A stretch of 64,000 nucleotides of DNA. Source: the human T2T-CHM13v2.0 reference genome, Homo sapiens. The stretch covers positions 27,136,001 through 27,200,000 of the forward strand of contig CP068257.2 of the NCBI GenBank assembly GCA_009914755.4. The letters run 5' to 3'. Made by a program: the position numbers and the translations under genes. The notes under the pieces were generated by a model, which saw only the letters and a program-made list of their open reading frames with translations, searched no databases and had not been told where the DNA came from. This document shows, in pieces, positions 13,565-27,649 of this stretch. The stretch's first letter is position 1, and every line of letters starts with the position of its first letter.

Positions 13565-13849
13565 AGTGGCTCATGCCTGTAATCCCAGCACTTTGGGAGG
13601 CTGAGGCGGGCAGATTACCTGAAGTCAGCAGTTAGAGACCAGCCTGGCCAACATGGTGAAACCCTGTCTCTTCTAAAAATACAAAAATTAGCTGGGTGTG
13701 TTGGCACACACCTGTAATTCCAGCTACTTGGGAGGCTGAAGCACAAGAATCACTTAAACCCAGGAGACAGAGGTTTCAGTGAGCCAAGATTGTGCCACTG
13801 CACTCCAGCCTGGGTGATAAGAGTGAGACTGTCAAAAAAAAAAAAAAAA
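13565..13849 (+). mobile_element. Alu SINE with ~13-bp TSD
   Basis: 'ggccaggtgcagtggctcatgcctgtaatcccagcactttgggaggctgaggcgggcagattacctgaagtcag...' followed by poly-A(16). TSD is 'gaattgtaattct' before and 'gaattctaattct' after. Confidence 0.95.
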
Positions 13850-14029
13850 GGAATTCTAATTCTCTAGAAACAGAGATGTTCTCTGTTGCCAGATACATTA
13901 ATATAAGAAAGACTGATGATATTATTAAAATCTATTTTCAAAACTTTTCTACATAGATAATAGTAATAACAGTACTTTTTTAAAAGAATGAAAATCTTGT
14001 AATATTTTCAACCATTGATAGAAGAAGCT

Positions 14030-15439
14030 ACAAATTCAATGCAATCTCCATCAAAATACCACCATCATTCTTCACAGAGTTAGAAAAAACAGTTCTAAAA
14101 TTCATATGGAACCAAAAAAGAGCCCACAGAGCCAAAGCAAGACTAAGCAAAAAGAACAGCTCTGGAGGCATCACCTAGGCACATAGACCAATGGAACAGA
14201 AGAGAGAACCCAGAAATAAATCGAAATACTTACAGCCAACTGATCTTCAACAAAGCAAACAAAATCATAAAGTGGGGAAAGGACACCCTTTTCAACAAAT
14301 GGTGCTGGGATAATTGGCTAGCCACATGTAGGAGAATGAAACTTGATCCTCATCTCTCACCTTACACAAAAATCAACTCAACATGGATTAAGGACTTAAA
14401 CCTAAGACCTGAAACTATAAAAGTTCTAGAAGGTAACATTGGAAAAACCCTTCTAGACATTGGCTTAGGCAAGGATTTCATGACCAAGAACCCAAAAGCA
14501 AATGCAATAAAAACAAAAAGAAATAGCTAGCACCTAATTAAACTAAAGAGCTTTTGCACGGCAAAAGGAACAGTCAGCAGAGTAAACAGACAACCCACAG
14601 AGTGGGAGAAAACCTTCACGAGCTATACATCTGACAAAGGACTAATATCCAGAATCTACAGCAAACTCAAACAAATCAGTAAAAAAAAAGAACAATCCCA
14701 TCAAAAAGTGGGCTAAGGACATGAATAGACAATTCTCAAAAGACATACAAATGGCCAACAAACACATTTAAAAATGCTCAACGTTACTAATGATCATGGA
14801 AATTCAAATCAAAATCACAATGTGATACCACCTCACTCCTACAAGACTGTCCATAATCAAAAAATGAAAAAACAGTAGATGTTGGCATGGATGCGGTGAG
14901 CAGTGAACACTTCTACACTGCTGGTGGGAATGCAAACTAGTACAGCCACTAGAGAAAACAGTGTGGAGATTCCTTAAAGAACTGAAAGTAGAACTACCAT
15001 TTGATCCAGGAATCCTACCACTGGGTATCTACCCAGAGAAAAATAAGTCATTATTGGAAAAAGATACTTGCACGTGCATGTTTATAGCAGCAAAATTTAC
15101 AACTCCAAAATCAGGGAACCAACCCAAATGCCCATCAATCAATGAGTGGATAAAGAAACTATGGTATGTATATATATATGTATACTATTTCAAACTAGAC
15201 TATAAGGCCATAGTCACCAAAATAGCGTGGCACTGGTATAAAAAATAGGCACATAGACCAATGGAACATAGTATTCCATCATATATGTATATATGTGTAT
15301 ATATGTAAATATACATATATGTATACATATATACTCCATCATATATACACATATATACGTATATACGTATATATACGTATATATGTATATATACACGTAT
15401 ATACGTATATATGTATATATGTATACATATATATTCCAT

Positions 15440-15478
<39 letters not shown>

Positions 15479-15894
15479 GTGTATACATATATGATGGAAT
15501 ACTATGCAGTCATAAATAGAAATGAATTAACAGCATTGCAGTGACCTGGATGAGACTGGAGACTATTATTCTAAGTGAAGTAACTCAGGAATGGAAAAGC
15601 AAACATTGTATGTTTTCACTGATAAGTGGAAGCTAAGCTATGAGTACAAAACGGCATAAGAATGATACAAACGGACTTTGAGGATTTGAGGGAAAAATCG
15701 GAGAGGGGCAAGGGATAAAAGACTACAAATATGGTGCAGCGTATAACTGCTCGGGTGGTGGGTGAGCCAAAATCTCACAAATCATCACTACCAAGAACTT
15801 ACTCATGTAGCCAAATACCACCTGTACCCCAATAACTTATGGAAAAATAAAATAAAAATCTTTAGGTACTCCAAAAAAAAAAAAAAAGAAAAAA
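14030..15894 (+). mobile_element. LINE-1 (older primate L1P/L1MA-type) 3' portion: ORF2 C-terminus and 3'UTR
   Basis: Recognisable L1 ORF2 sequence: 'ttcatatggaaccaaaaaagagcccacagagccaaagcaa', 'gcatcacc', 'aaatggtgctgggataattggctagccacatg', 'ctaattaaactaaagagcttttgcacggcaaaag' and 'gacaacccacagagtgggagaaaa'. An old-type 3'UTR 'atggaatactatgcagtcataaatagaaatgaa...' follows, then poly-A(>20). Confidence 0.85.
15165..15500. repeat. Complex TA/TG/CA-rich microsatellite block embedded in the L1
   Basis: Runs such as 'tatgtatatatatatgtatac', 'tatatacgtatatacgtatatatacg' and 'acacacacacacacacacac', with 'ccatcatatat' seeds repeated three times. The YIYIY-type ORFs at 15200-15544 derive from this block. 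Confidence 0.85.
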
Positions 15895-15899
15895 TGCCA

Positions 15900-16290
15900 C
15901 TGTCCTGGGTTGAACAGTATTCATGTCCACCAGACTCTCAGAACGTAACCCTATTTGGAAATAGGGTCCTTGCAGATGTAATCAGTTAAGATGAGATCAT
16001 ACTGGATTAGGTAGGGCCCTAATATAATGAGTGATGTCCTTAGAAGAAGGCCATATAAAGACACCCAGTGGAGACAGCCATGTGAAGACGCAGGCATAGA
16101 TTGGAGTGATGCATCTACAAACCAGGGAATGCCAAGGATTGCTGGGGCTACAGAAACAAGGAGAGAGGCGGGAAACAGATTCTCCCTGCAACCCCCTAAG
16201 AGGGAACAAACTCTGCTGACTCCTTGATTTCAGGTTTCTGACCTGCAGAATTGTGAGAAATAAATTTTTGTTGTTTTAAGTTTAAAAAAA
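15900..16290 (+). mobile_element. Old MaLR/MLT1-like LTR fragment (copy 1 of 4)
   Basis: 'gtaaccctatttggaaatagggtccttgcagatgtaatcagttaagatgagatcatactggattaggtagggccctaatataatgagtgatgtcc...ttctgacctgcagaattgtgagaaataaatttttgttgttttaag'. The family 3' end 'aactgtgagaaaataaatttctgttgtttaagccaccc' is homologous to the THE1/MST 3' ends. Confidence 0.6.
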
Positions 16291-17040
16291 AAGGCAAATA
16301 TCCAGTTAAATTTGAATTTCAGATGAATATCAAGTAAGTTTTTAGTGTAAGGACGTCCCAGGTAACATTGGCAGTATTTTTATCTTCTATATGTGGCAAC
16401 CTTGGTAATAGAAGGCTTTTTATTTTTAATGCCCTACTGCTTTCTATAGGTTTGAGGATGTAAGATTGGCTGTGAGGTGCTGAGAAATAGCTCAATAAAC
16501 GGCGTATAGCTCTCAATTGTGGAAAGATATGGATGCCCAACTGAAAGCCAGGAAGTTAGCACTAGCAAGGAAGGGGAAGAAGACAAGATGCTTGGCAGAG
16601 GCCTAAGGGGCATGGGAGAGGGGATATGAGGGAAAGTTATGAAATGTTATGCTATTTTCTTAAAAGATAAAATAAAATCATCCTTCTAATCTTCTACAAG
16701 TGCATTTCAGTAAAATCTACATTGCTAACTAATGCCTTGGGGTAGAAGTAGGTAAATTCTTTCTAGAGTGGATTCTTTCTTGGCATTAAATGATATCAAG
16801 TCCTACTTAAAGTTTGACACAAAACAGCCGACATGTAGATTATACGAGTAATTGGAGAAAGTCTTGCAAGCAACAGCAAGCCCACATATGACATATACTT
16901 GCTTCAGCCTCTAACGGGCAGGTCTGCAAAACCACCCTGAATAAATGTGAACCAAAGTAGATAAGGCCCTGCTTAGGGCTAGTAACTGATAGCTCCTGAG
17001 CAACTAAAAGCAGAGTGTTTAGACTAAGACCAGACTAAAA

Positions 17041-17066
17041 TCACTCACTCACTCACTCACTCATAG
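17041..17066. repeat. (CACT)n microsatellite
   Basis: 'tcactcactcactcactcactcat'. Confidence 0.8.
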
Positions 17067-17959
17067 AAAACAATACCCATATGAAGATTTTTTTTATTAT
17101 TAAACATTGGTCTAATGCTAAAAAGTTTAAACACCAACAGAGCATTGTAAACCCACTGCCTTGTGAGTTAACTTTAACTTACTTAGTTAACTAACTACAT
17201 TTTTAACGTAGTGTTTCCATTTTTAAAAACAAACTTGGCCACTTCACAAACACTTCATGGCTAATCATTTTATAATATAGTTTATTTACAGAAATGAAAT
17301 GAATTTTGGTAATTTGAAGCAATGAACTACATCATAAAACATCTCTGAAATCTTTTTGAATTGTCAGTTTTCAAAACAAAAACTCAGAAATGTGATTCCA
17401 TTTTGATGATAAACACCTGCAATAAACTAGGAATATTTTTTCAACCCACTCTCCCAGTTGTGTTACACATCAAACTGCTATTTGGTTAGGTGGGAAGGAG
17501 GGGGATTAATTGTTGTTAATGGTTTTTATTATTCAGAAAGAATTTAAATCCGTGAAACCTGCATTTGTCAAGCATCAAGCGTCTTGCAGACTGCCACAGA
17601 GAGTACCAAAGTTCTGGTGTTTTGCTGATCCTTTGTTTTGGACATTGTTTGACTGTTTTAAATACAACAGTTTCCATTCAGCATTAACTGTGAAAGACAC
17701 AGCACAAGAATACCCCAGGGCTGGTGTGAGAAAAACATAGCAGGATTATCTGATGGAACAATTCCGGGCACAGAGTAAGGGATCTATCCATAGTCACTGA
17801 ATGAATAAATACTTCTGTAGCTTCCCTCTAACTTTAGGAAAAAATATTAATGAAGGAAAAATGAATTCTGGATTCATTGAGAACATTTTGGAAATAGTTT
17901 AAATGATATTGCATATGTGTGTATTCTAAATGCTTTTTTGTATTTTCTAAAGAATATTT

Positions 17960-18168
17960 TGACACAGGAAGGGGAACATCACACTCTGGGGACTGTTGTG
18001 GGGTGGGGGGAGGGGGGAGGGATAGCATTAGGAGATATACCTAATGCTAAATGACGAGTTAATGGGTGTAGCACACCAGCATGGCACATTTATACATATG
18101 TAACTAACCTGCACATTGTGCACATGTACCCTAAAACTTAAAGTATAATAATAAAAAAAAGAATATTT
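17960..18168 (+). mobile_element. L1 3'UTR fragment (L1PA-type terminal ~200 bp)
   Basis: 'ggaaggggaacatcacactctggggactgttgtggggtgggggg.agggg..agggatagcattaggagatatacctaatgctaaatgacgagttaatgggtgtagcacaccagcatggcacat.tatacatatgtaactaacctgcacattgtgcacatgtaccctaaaacttaaagtataataataaaaaaaa'. Confidence 0.85.
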
Positions 18169-18949
18169 TGCAAATAAAGTAAAAGAAACACCCTTGATTG
18201 ACAGTATTCCATTTGTGAGCCAGTGGTTAGACATAGAAAATGATGGATTAGGGACAGCAGGTAGACCAAGAGTTCCCAACCTTGGCTGCATGTTAATATT
18301 ACCTCAGTTGCTTTTTTAGAATCCCAATTCCCAGGTCACACCCCACACTCATGAAATCAAAATCTGTGTGGGTAGAACACAGGCATCAATATTTTAAAAA
18401 GTGATTTCATTATGCGATCAAGGTTGAGAATAACAGATATGACTCTAATTCTTCTCTTGTCCCATGGAATAGTGTACAGAAAGCTACATTTGGGACAAGC
18501 AATGGATAAAAATTCACCCTGTGTTTCTGAGATGGTGGGGTATTGTTCCTCCTGGATAAAGAATCTTTCACCTTTTTCTACACTGTGTTTTCAACTGGGA
18601 GGTGAATAAAGTGGAAACAAAAAATAAACATAATTCAAAAAAAGGGTGAGAGAGTGGGGCTAAGGTAAGCTGAGTGTTCAATATTTCCTCTTCCAACAAG
18701 ATTCCTCTTATCATGCTCTATTTGACATAATCTTATAAAAGTTAATGTTTAATAGAAACATACAAACAATTTTAAGAAATCTCTACTAGCATTTTGTGTC
18801 AGGGAAGGTCAAAACTGAGACCCACTACTCTGGTGTCTTCTGCTACTGGATTTATTTGTGCCTGGGTTGACCATGAGGGAGTCATTGGCAACTTTAAGCA
18901 GCAGTAGGAGGATTGGCCAATCCACTGTGCCCAAATTACCAGAGTGACT

Positions 18950-19597
18950 CCATCTTGAATAGGGGACGGGGAAAATGAGGATGAGACCTGCTGGGCTGTA
19001 TTCCCAGGTTAGGCATTCTAAGTCACAGGAAAAGACAGGAGGTTGGCAGGACTGTTATCACAAGATACAGGTCATAAAGACCTTGCTGATAAACCAGGAT
19101 GCAGAGAAGAAAAAAAAAGAAAGCCCACCAAAGATGGTGGCTTTGGCCAAGATGGCAACGAAAGTGATCTTTGATCAACCCCACTGCTCATTATATGCTA
19201 ATTATAATGCATTAGCATGCTAAAAGACACTCCTACCAATGTCAGGACAGTTTACAAATGCCATGGTAGTATCTGGAAATTACCCTATATGGTCTGAAAG
19301 GGGAAGAATGGTCAGTTCCAGGAAATGCCCGCCCCTTTCCTGGAAAACTCACGAATAATCAACCCCTTGTTTAGCATATGATCAAAAAATAACCATCAAA
19401 ATGCCAACCAGCAGCCCTCTGGTTGTTCTCTGTATGAACATAGCCTGTTCTGCCTATGGAGTAGCCTATCTTTTATTTCTTTACTTCCCTAATAAACTTG
19501 CTTTCACTTTATTGTGTGGACTTGTCCCAAATTCTTTCTTGCTCAAGATCCGATACCCCTCTCTTGGGATCTGGATCAGAATCGCTTTCTGGTAACA
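18950..19597 (+). mobile_element. ERV1-class solo LTR (LTR2/HERV-E-like; family tentative)
   Basis: 3' portion 'cctaataaacttgctttcactttattgtgtggacttgtcccaaattctttcttgctcaagatccgatacccctctcttgggatctggatcagaatcgctttctggtaaca' resembles class I ERV LTR R/U5 ends, with an 'aataaa' signal upstream. The 5' boundary is uncertain. Confidence 0.5.
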
Positions 19598-20769
19598 AAA
19601 TCTCTTAAGCCCCCACAAGTGAGAGGGATGAGACTTAGAGGGAAAAGCTCAGGGACTCCAAAGACTATTCAATGGAAGGTCCTCTGTGCCCTGCTCTTGC
19701 GGTTGTAAGAAACAGAGTCCCATGGTCTATCTCAGATGATGTCTTTCTGGGTGAATACTTGGTACAATAAGAGAAATGTGACTTCCACAAGAATCCCCAA
19801 ATTGTGAAATGGTCTAACTCAGCAACAGCTGTGTATTGAACCTCTGCCCCTAGAGTGACATGGCAATGCTCCGTCTTGCTTTCTACCTGCTCAGCAACTG
19901 CTGAGCTTATCAATACTGCGTCTTCTCTTCCTCATTATGCCTGCTTTCTCAAGAGTACAGCTTCCTATGCCTTCCTAGGGTTCTCACTGTTTTTCATCTC
20001 CATCTGGATCTTTTCAGCATTTGCTCCCAATGCCCAGGTAAATCAGGGGCACCTAGGCATCAGTATCTTCTAAAGCTCCCCAGAGGATTCAATGTGCAAC
20101 CAAGCAGATAACCACTGCACCAAAGAACAGTGGGTACAAGTAAGGCAACTTGGATTTATAATTACCACCTTAGCCCAAAAGGAAGAAAACTGGAGAAGGT
20201 AACTTATAATGCCTGGGAATTCTGTTCTCCTTGCATTTTATTTTAATTCAGTGTCTTGTTTCTCTATCTATACAGCACACATTTATTCACATGGATTTTA
20301 GTATTTTAACTGTGTTGTACTTAAAGGAAAGCAAACATGCCTTCTGAAGTGATGGTCTTTGAGCCACTAGTCAAGAGATTGGGGCTCTCTAATGAGCCAA
20401 GACTCCCATCTAGTGGTAACCACCTCTGAATTGCAAATAGAAGGTTTCTCAACTTTTATTAATGACAAAACTTTTTGGGAAGTGGCTGGTCAATTTCAAT
20501 AACTCATTTGCCTAAAACGAAATGCACCTATTTGTCAAAAGACCTTTGCCACTTCCAATCTGTGTGTGTAAATATCCCCGGGATAAATTATTGCTATTTA
20601 TTTGAACTTATGAAGGAAAACCAACTTCACTTCACGATTCTGTCAAATAAGTGTGTTTTAGTGAATTCAGAGGTTGTGTGACTGATAAAAGTAAGTGGTT
20701 ATTATGAAATAGTTCATACACATCCAAAGTGAAATGACTAATGATAAAACCTTAGAGGATGCTGTGAGG

Positions 20770-21225
20770 TGAGTGGTGGTCCCTGAAAAAGTATGTCAGC
20801 ATCCCAATCCCCAAAATCTGTGAATGTGACCTTATTTGGAAATGGGGTCTTGGTCCATATCATTATTATGTTATGTTAAGAATCTTGAAAACAGATCATC
20901 CTGGATTATCCAGGTGGGCCCTAAATCTAACACAAGTGCTTTATAAGAAGCACAGAGAAGAAGAGAAAAAACAGGGAGAAGGAGTCAAAGGCCATATGAA
21001 GACAACAGCAGAGATTGGAATTAATGCAGCCAGAAGCCAAGAGGACATCTGAAACCACCAGAAGCTGAAAGAGGCAAGAAATCTCCACTCGAGCCTTCGG
21101 AGAGAACATGGCCCTACTGACACCTTCATTTCAGACTTCCAGCCTGAAGAACTTTGAGAAAATAATTTTCTGTTGTTTTAAGACATCCACTGTGTGGTAA
21201 TTTGTTACAGCAGACTTAAGAAAGT
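20770..21225 (+). mobile_element. Old MaLR/MLT1-like LTR fragment (copy 2 of 4)
   Basis: 'cccaatccccaaaatctgtgaatgtgaccttatttggaaatggggtcttggtcc...ggattatccaggtgggccctaaatctaacacaagtgctttataagaag...cagcctgaagaactttgagaaaataattttctgttgttttaagacatccactgtgtggtaatttgttacagcagac'. Confidence 0.6.
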
Positions 21226-23303
21226 AGTATGGTTTCCTCTTCCTTTCTTTTCAGTACACTCCTTCAGAAAACAAAAATAGCATATTTGGAAATGACCTAG
21301 GTACCTAAAGTTTTTTTTAATAATATACATATAAATTCATTGCTCTACAATATTATAGGATGGTATTCAATCAACAGCATAAATACTTCACTGTCTACCT
21401 ACAATTTTCAAAGGTATTTTGGATAGCAAACTTTTCATTTCAGAAGTTTTTCACTACAAATACCTTAACTGAAAGACTAATCAACTAAAATTCTTCTTTC
21501 TAAGATAGAACATGAAGCAACAAGAGTTTTGCCTAAATATGGATGAGTGTAATGAGAATAACTCAAATTTCATGTCCAGTTGGGACAGCACAGTCAATTC
21601 AACAGGAATGTTTATGAGTTGTTTATCATGTGAAGTATTTGGAAGGTATGCAAACACTAAAAACAACAATGTCAATACAATTAAATGGAGGCATTCATAA
21701 AACTGTTGTTCAGATCAGCAGGTAATCTTGTAACTGCATATTTGAGAATTTCAAGGAAGGAAATGTACAAATAATCAAAGGCAGAAAATTCCCTTCAGGA
21801 AATGTGGTATCCACATATTGTATGACAAGCTTGCTTTTACTGAATAATGCATGAAGATGTCTGTTTTAAATCGTTCACTGACTACAGAGTTGACAAATAA
21901 CCACTGAAGAACAATGGGACTGGGCACCAGATGCCTTTGTTTCATATCTGACTCTGCGAAGGCTGTTTCTTTCCTAGGGAACTGGGGGTTCTATGTAACA
22001 TGAGACTCAAGCAAAAAGTGTGGATTCTGTGGTATGCTCATGGGATGGTTCCAGTAAATGTGCTGATAGAATTCTGGGGCCCAAGAGTTGACGATGGGTG
22101 CCATTAAAGTCCAGACCTGGTGCCGTAGCACTTTGATGTGTCAAAGGCTTAGGTTCTGCCATTTTTCTGAACAAATATATTCAAATAGAACACTACATAA
22201 AAATGTAAAGGGCCTTGTAGGGTCAAATGAAAGTCTGAGCAGAGAATGAACAATATCCCTATGAGATCAAAGTGCTGTCTTTGTTGAATTAATTCCATTA
22301 TTTTTTGTTCTCATTGTTTTCAAAACAATTAATAGATACACTGAGAAAGAAGGAAAGCAAGAGAGTTACTCTGATAATGATGGCTCTCATTTATAAATCC
22401 ATGAAAAGTAATATCAATTTTCTTTCTTAATAGATGAGAAATCTAAAACTAAGAATGGGTGAGGAACTTGCCCCAATATCACAGAGCCAATAACTAAGGT
22501 GCTTCTCTCCCAGAACCTTTGCTACTTCCTGGCTGATGCCAAAACACTGCCTAATAAGGACCTCAAAAAAAAAATCTTTCTAATGAACTGACCATTGGTC
22601 AAGTGTCTCCCCTCTCCAGTTCCAACAGACTCTGCTGGAGTCACAAACGACAAGGAACCTTGTCTCTTCATCTCTTTATCTGCAATACCTACCATGGTGA
22701 TCATTCATAATAAAGCACTCAACATGTGTTTACTGGGTGAACAGATAAAAGGTACAGAAAAGAGGGAAAGGGCTCAGGAAAAACTACACAGAACATTTCA
22801 GAAGTATTTGCCATTTCCATGTGGAAATGTCAATCATAGATAAATATCCCAATCATGATGATTCATAAAATATATTCAGAGGAGCCCAATGTTCAGGAAA
22901 TGCAAACTATCTGCAGTGTGAATTTGGAGCACAGGTTTGAAAACTTAGAGGCTGATCGAAAAGGAAATTTGGTTTACAATTTTGTAATTATCAGGTATAT
23001 GATAATTAATTATCCTAAAGTGATATTGAAGGCTTGGCCTGAGTCTGATGACAATATTAGAAATCTGAGTGAGAAAATGATCAGCAGTTTGACTGTTTAA
23101 AGGTTTGTTGGTTGTTCCTTACCTTTTAAAACTGAGTCTCTAGCCGCTAGCTACTGTGTCCCAGGGGGCCTTGTGCCCTCTACCTCCTGTTTTCTCTGAA
23201 AACAAATGAGATTTTTTATACTGCCTTGACTCTATACAGATTTTCCTGCTCTTAAGAGACAAACAGAAGAGTGATACTTCAAAGCTAGAATAAATGTATT
23301 TTA

Positions 23304-23606
23304 TTTTATTTTATGTTTTCAGACCGAGTCTCACTCTGTCGCCCAGGATGGAGTGCAGTGGCGCTGTCTCAGCTCACAGCAACCTCCGCCACCCGCCCCA
23401 CTCTCTGCGATTCTCCTGCCTCAGCCTCCCGAGTAGCTGGGATTTATAGGTGCCTGCCACTACGTCCGGCTAATTTTTGTATTTTTAGTAGAGACAGGGT
23501 TTCACCATGTTGGCCAGGCTGGTCTAGAACTCCTGACCTCAGGTGATCTGTCTGCCTCAGCCTCCCAAAGCGCTGGGATTACAGGCGTGAGCCACGACAC
23601 CCAGCC
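23304..23606 (-). mobile_element. Alu SINE with 15-bp TSD, minus orientation
   Basis: Reverse Alu '...cagaccgagtctcactctgtcgcccaggatggagtgcagtggcg...gggattacaggcgtgagccacgacacccagcc'. TSD 'aataaatgtatttta' lies immediately on both sides (ending 23303 and starting 23607). Confidence 0.95.
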
Positions 23607-23741
23607 AAATAAATGTATTTTAAATCTGGGATATATGTTCCAATTAGCTAGACTCTGAAATTTCAGACTTTAGCTTCAGTCAGAGGCTATTAGAACTATT
23701 CCAAAAAATGCACAGAATTAATAAACTATTGACGGATGAGT

Positions 23742-24058
<317 letters not shown>

Positions 24059-24480
24059 TAACAATTAATATTAAAGGCACTTCAATATAAATTTCAAATT
24101 GTAATTTAAGTTTTTTCCAGGGTCACTATTTTGTATATTTATATTTTTAGTTTATTCTGTTTTGTTGGTAGCACCCAAGTATTCCCTAGGCTGTTGGTTG
24201 TTCCTTCCGACAGTTTCTAGGACAGAAAATGGGTCTTTCTCCCAATAGAGATAAGGAATTGGTAAACTGCCTTGGATGCCAAGATATTCTTGTTTTATGT
24301 ACACTTGGCAGAAGTCATCTACAACCATCTGCAGACTCTAACTCTTCACTGGGGCCCACAGTCATCCCCACTGTTGAATGCACATTGCACTCCTGTTCTG
24401 AAGGAACAAAGGAAGGACAGGAAATGAGTGAACCCAGTGAGGAAAAAGCTTTTAAGATATGTATCAAAAAGAAAAAGGAA

Positions 24481-24826
<346 letters not shown>

Positions 24827-26282
24827 TCAGTATTAAAAGATGGGAAAAAAATAACTTGGGTGACAGCTATTAGGCTGAAATAGGCACAAGATAATAAAAC
24901 CCAACATCATAATAATGAGGAAAACTAGCTTGTGTAAAACAGAAGATGACAGTTGGAAGATTAAAAAGGTACTGCCTGTTGTTGCTAAAAGGTAAAAATA
25001 AGGGGTTCTGTGACATGTGGGTGCAAAAGGAGCTATTGAGAGGCTTAAAGGAGCATTTAGAGCTGATACAGATAATCAAAGTTTCTGTTGATTCCTATCT
25101 GCATGGCTGGACTTACTGATCCCACCAAACATTCTTCCCTCATGCTCCATGAGTTTTCAATCCTTTAACTTCTAACTGGAACACCATGCACCCTGCCTCC
25201 TTTTAGGCTTAGTTTCTGCCAACAGCCAGTCCTGAGGATCCAGGCAAGTGACCCTGTGTTATCTTTCCGCTCTCCCTTCTCTCCTTCGTTCATCAAGCAG
25301 CAACCGCTACTTTCAGTGCTTCTCTGCACACGGAGTATAGACAGGTTCCGAGTATGTGAAGCTCAGCTTGGGGTTTGAGGAGGGTGTTTAAAATCACTAC
25401 CTCCATGCCTCTTGACCACTTCCAGATGAAATTCAAGAACAATCAAAAGATAAACAGAACAGCACTGAACTTTGCAGACATACTTTTTTCGCATGGTAAC
25501 CCTGTGGCCTGGGGCAATTTAATTGATCTCTCTGTGCTCAGTTTACTCATCTGCAAAATGAGCATATAGGCATACCCACCCCATAGAGTTTCTGTGAGAA
25601 TAAAATGAGATACTGTATGTTCAGCAGTCATTCTGTGCTAGACACCATGCTAATAACTGAATAAGTAAGCCTGTTTTTTTTTTATTATAATTGTTCTATT
25701 TATCACCCATAAAGTCTGTAACTCTAGAGCCTGAGTGGAAACTAAATAAGGGATGTGTGGCCACTCATTTTTTCCTTTTGATCCCTGTCCTGTGTTCTTT
25801 GGGGGCCTGGACAGGAAAAGAAATGGTAGCACCAGAGCTGTCAATTAATAGAGATGAATAGTAGTCATGGTGGGTGTCATAGTAGGAATTGTGCCACTAG
25901 TAGTAGAAGCTGTAGTAACAGCTAATACAGCTAATACAACTCCTTGGGTTGTGCCAAGGAGTGTGTTAACGACACAAATCTCCATGCATTGCTCATTGCC
26001 ACTACTCTTAAAGCTAGAGATGTGTGCAGCCTTAGGGCAGTTATATCTCCTGCAGCAAAATGCATCCCTATCCCTCATCAGTAATTTGAGATGTCTGTGC
26101 CTTCCTAAGGATCTTTCAGGATACTCTTTCAACCTACTGGAATCCTAATTTGAGTGCTGTCCTAAGAATGTAAACTGACACTGAACTGGTGGTTTTCCAA
26201 CTGCACTGTGCACACAACAGAGATTTCCAAATTCCACAGCACCTCCCTAGGATTGCCAGGGCTGGTGGCATGATCAACAATT

Positions 26283-26660
26283 TGGGTTCTGTATTAGTCC
26301 ATTTTTATGCTGCTGATAAAGACATACCCAAGACTGGGCAATTTACAAAAGAAAGAGGTTTAATGGACTCACAGTTCCACGTGGCTGGGGAGGCCTCACA
26401 ATCATGGAGGAAGGTGAAAGGCATGTCTCACATGGTGGCAAACAAGAGAAGAGAGCTTCTGCAGAGAAACTTCCCTTTTTAAAATCATCAGATCTCATGA
26501 GACTTATTCCCTATCATGAGAACAGCAAAGGAAAAACCCACCCCCATGATTCAATTACCTCCCACTGGGTCCCTCCCACAACATGTAGGAATTGTGGGAG
26601 CTATAATTCAAGATGAGATTTGGGTGGGGACACAGCCAAACCCTATCAGGTTCCAAGACT
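26283..26660 (-). mobile_element. THE1/MST-type MaLR LTR, minus orientation
   Basis: '...ccccatgattcaattacctcccactgggtccctcccacaacatgtaggaattgtgggagctataattcaagatgagatttgggtggggacacagccaaaccctatca' is the reverse complement of the canonical THE1/MST 5' end 'tgatatggtttggctgtgtccccacccaaatctcatcttgaattgtagctcccataattcccac...'. The other end, 'tgtattagtccatttttatgctgctgataaagacatacccaagactgggcaatttacaaaagaaagaggtttaatggactcacagttccacgtggctgggg', is the reverse complement of the LTR 3' end. Confidence 0.8.
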
Positions 26661-27649
26661 CAAACCCTCTTCACCCAGAGTGAGTCTGCATTCATCTGTT
26701 TCAACATTGTCCTCTCCTCATCATCTCACTGAGAAAACTTTGTAGACAAAGAGCTCACAGTTTTCAAATGACTGTGAAAGCCAAAGCACTAAACTTGGTT
26801 TCCTCCTATAAAATCACAATTCTAAACCCTCTGAAGGATTTCATCAACCATATTAGTGCTTAACTCCTGAAGGTTTGGAAAGCCCTATGAGATTTTCAAA
26901 AATGTTCCCTATTTTTCCCTATGTGAATACAAAATATTATTTTTAACTTATCCTCTCATTCTTCTATCTGTATCTTTATTTATGCAAAACTATCCATATT
27001 TTTGATCAGGTAAAATGTTTGGCATGCCCAAATTTGGAATCTTCTTTTATGGTTTTGTTTTTTGTGTAGTTCAGTGATGAGAGGACCCAGCTTCAAGCAC
27101 ATAACCAGATACCCATTTTTTATGTCTACAAGTAAGAGCATTTTCCAAGAACACTCAAGTCTGGCAGTATACACTTTGAAACTCACATTGTAGCTTTGGC
27201 AATCCTGTTTTATGCACGTGATGCTGCAGTTTATGTGCAATCGTGCTTTCCAAGACACGGAAACTCCTCATGGCTGTACCCATCAGTCCAGACCTACGTT
27301 GGTTGGGAAATCAAAACACTGTCACCATGACTGAGTTATCTGTCTCTTGCTTCCAAGTGGGCCCCTTTGTTTTAAAGCAGTGGTGCTTAAACACCAGACA
27401 GACTCATCTCATGCTGACGTACATGTGAAATTCTCGCACTACACAATCTTGGATGGCTTCACGTTGTAACAGAAAAACCAACCCAACCACTAAGAAATCC
27501 AGTTAAAACAATGCTTTAATGTAATCTTTTTTTTTTAATGCAGTGGAATTGAGGAAAGGATGTGTAAGCTCTGTGTTCACGACCCTTTCAGATCACACCC
27601 TATGTTTCCCTGCATTTGGCAGGTCCTGATCTGTACCCATTATATTAAA

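Noticed and set aside
15200-15544. ORFs of 60-90 aa encoding 'YIYIYTY...' or 'HTHTHTH...'
   Set aside because: Translations of the TA/TG/CA microsatellite inside the L1.
25845-26148. Pair of ~95-aa ORFs overlapping on opposite strands in apparently unique sequence
   Set aside because: No start context, splice signals or compositional bias supports either. Antisense-overlapping ORFs of this size are expected by chance in 64 kb, and a THE1/MST LTR starts just downstream. Left unannotated.
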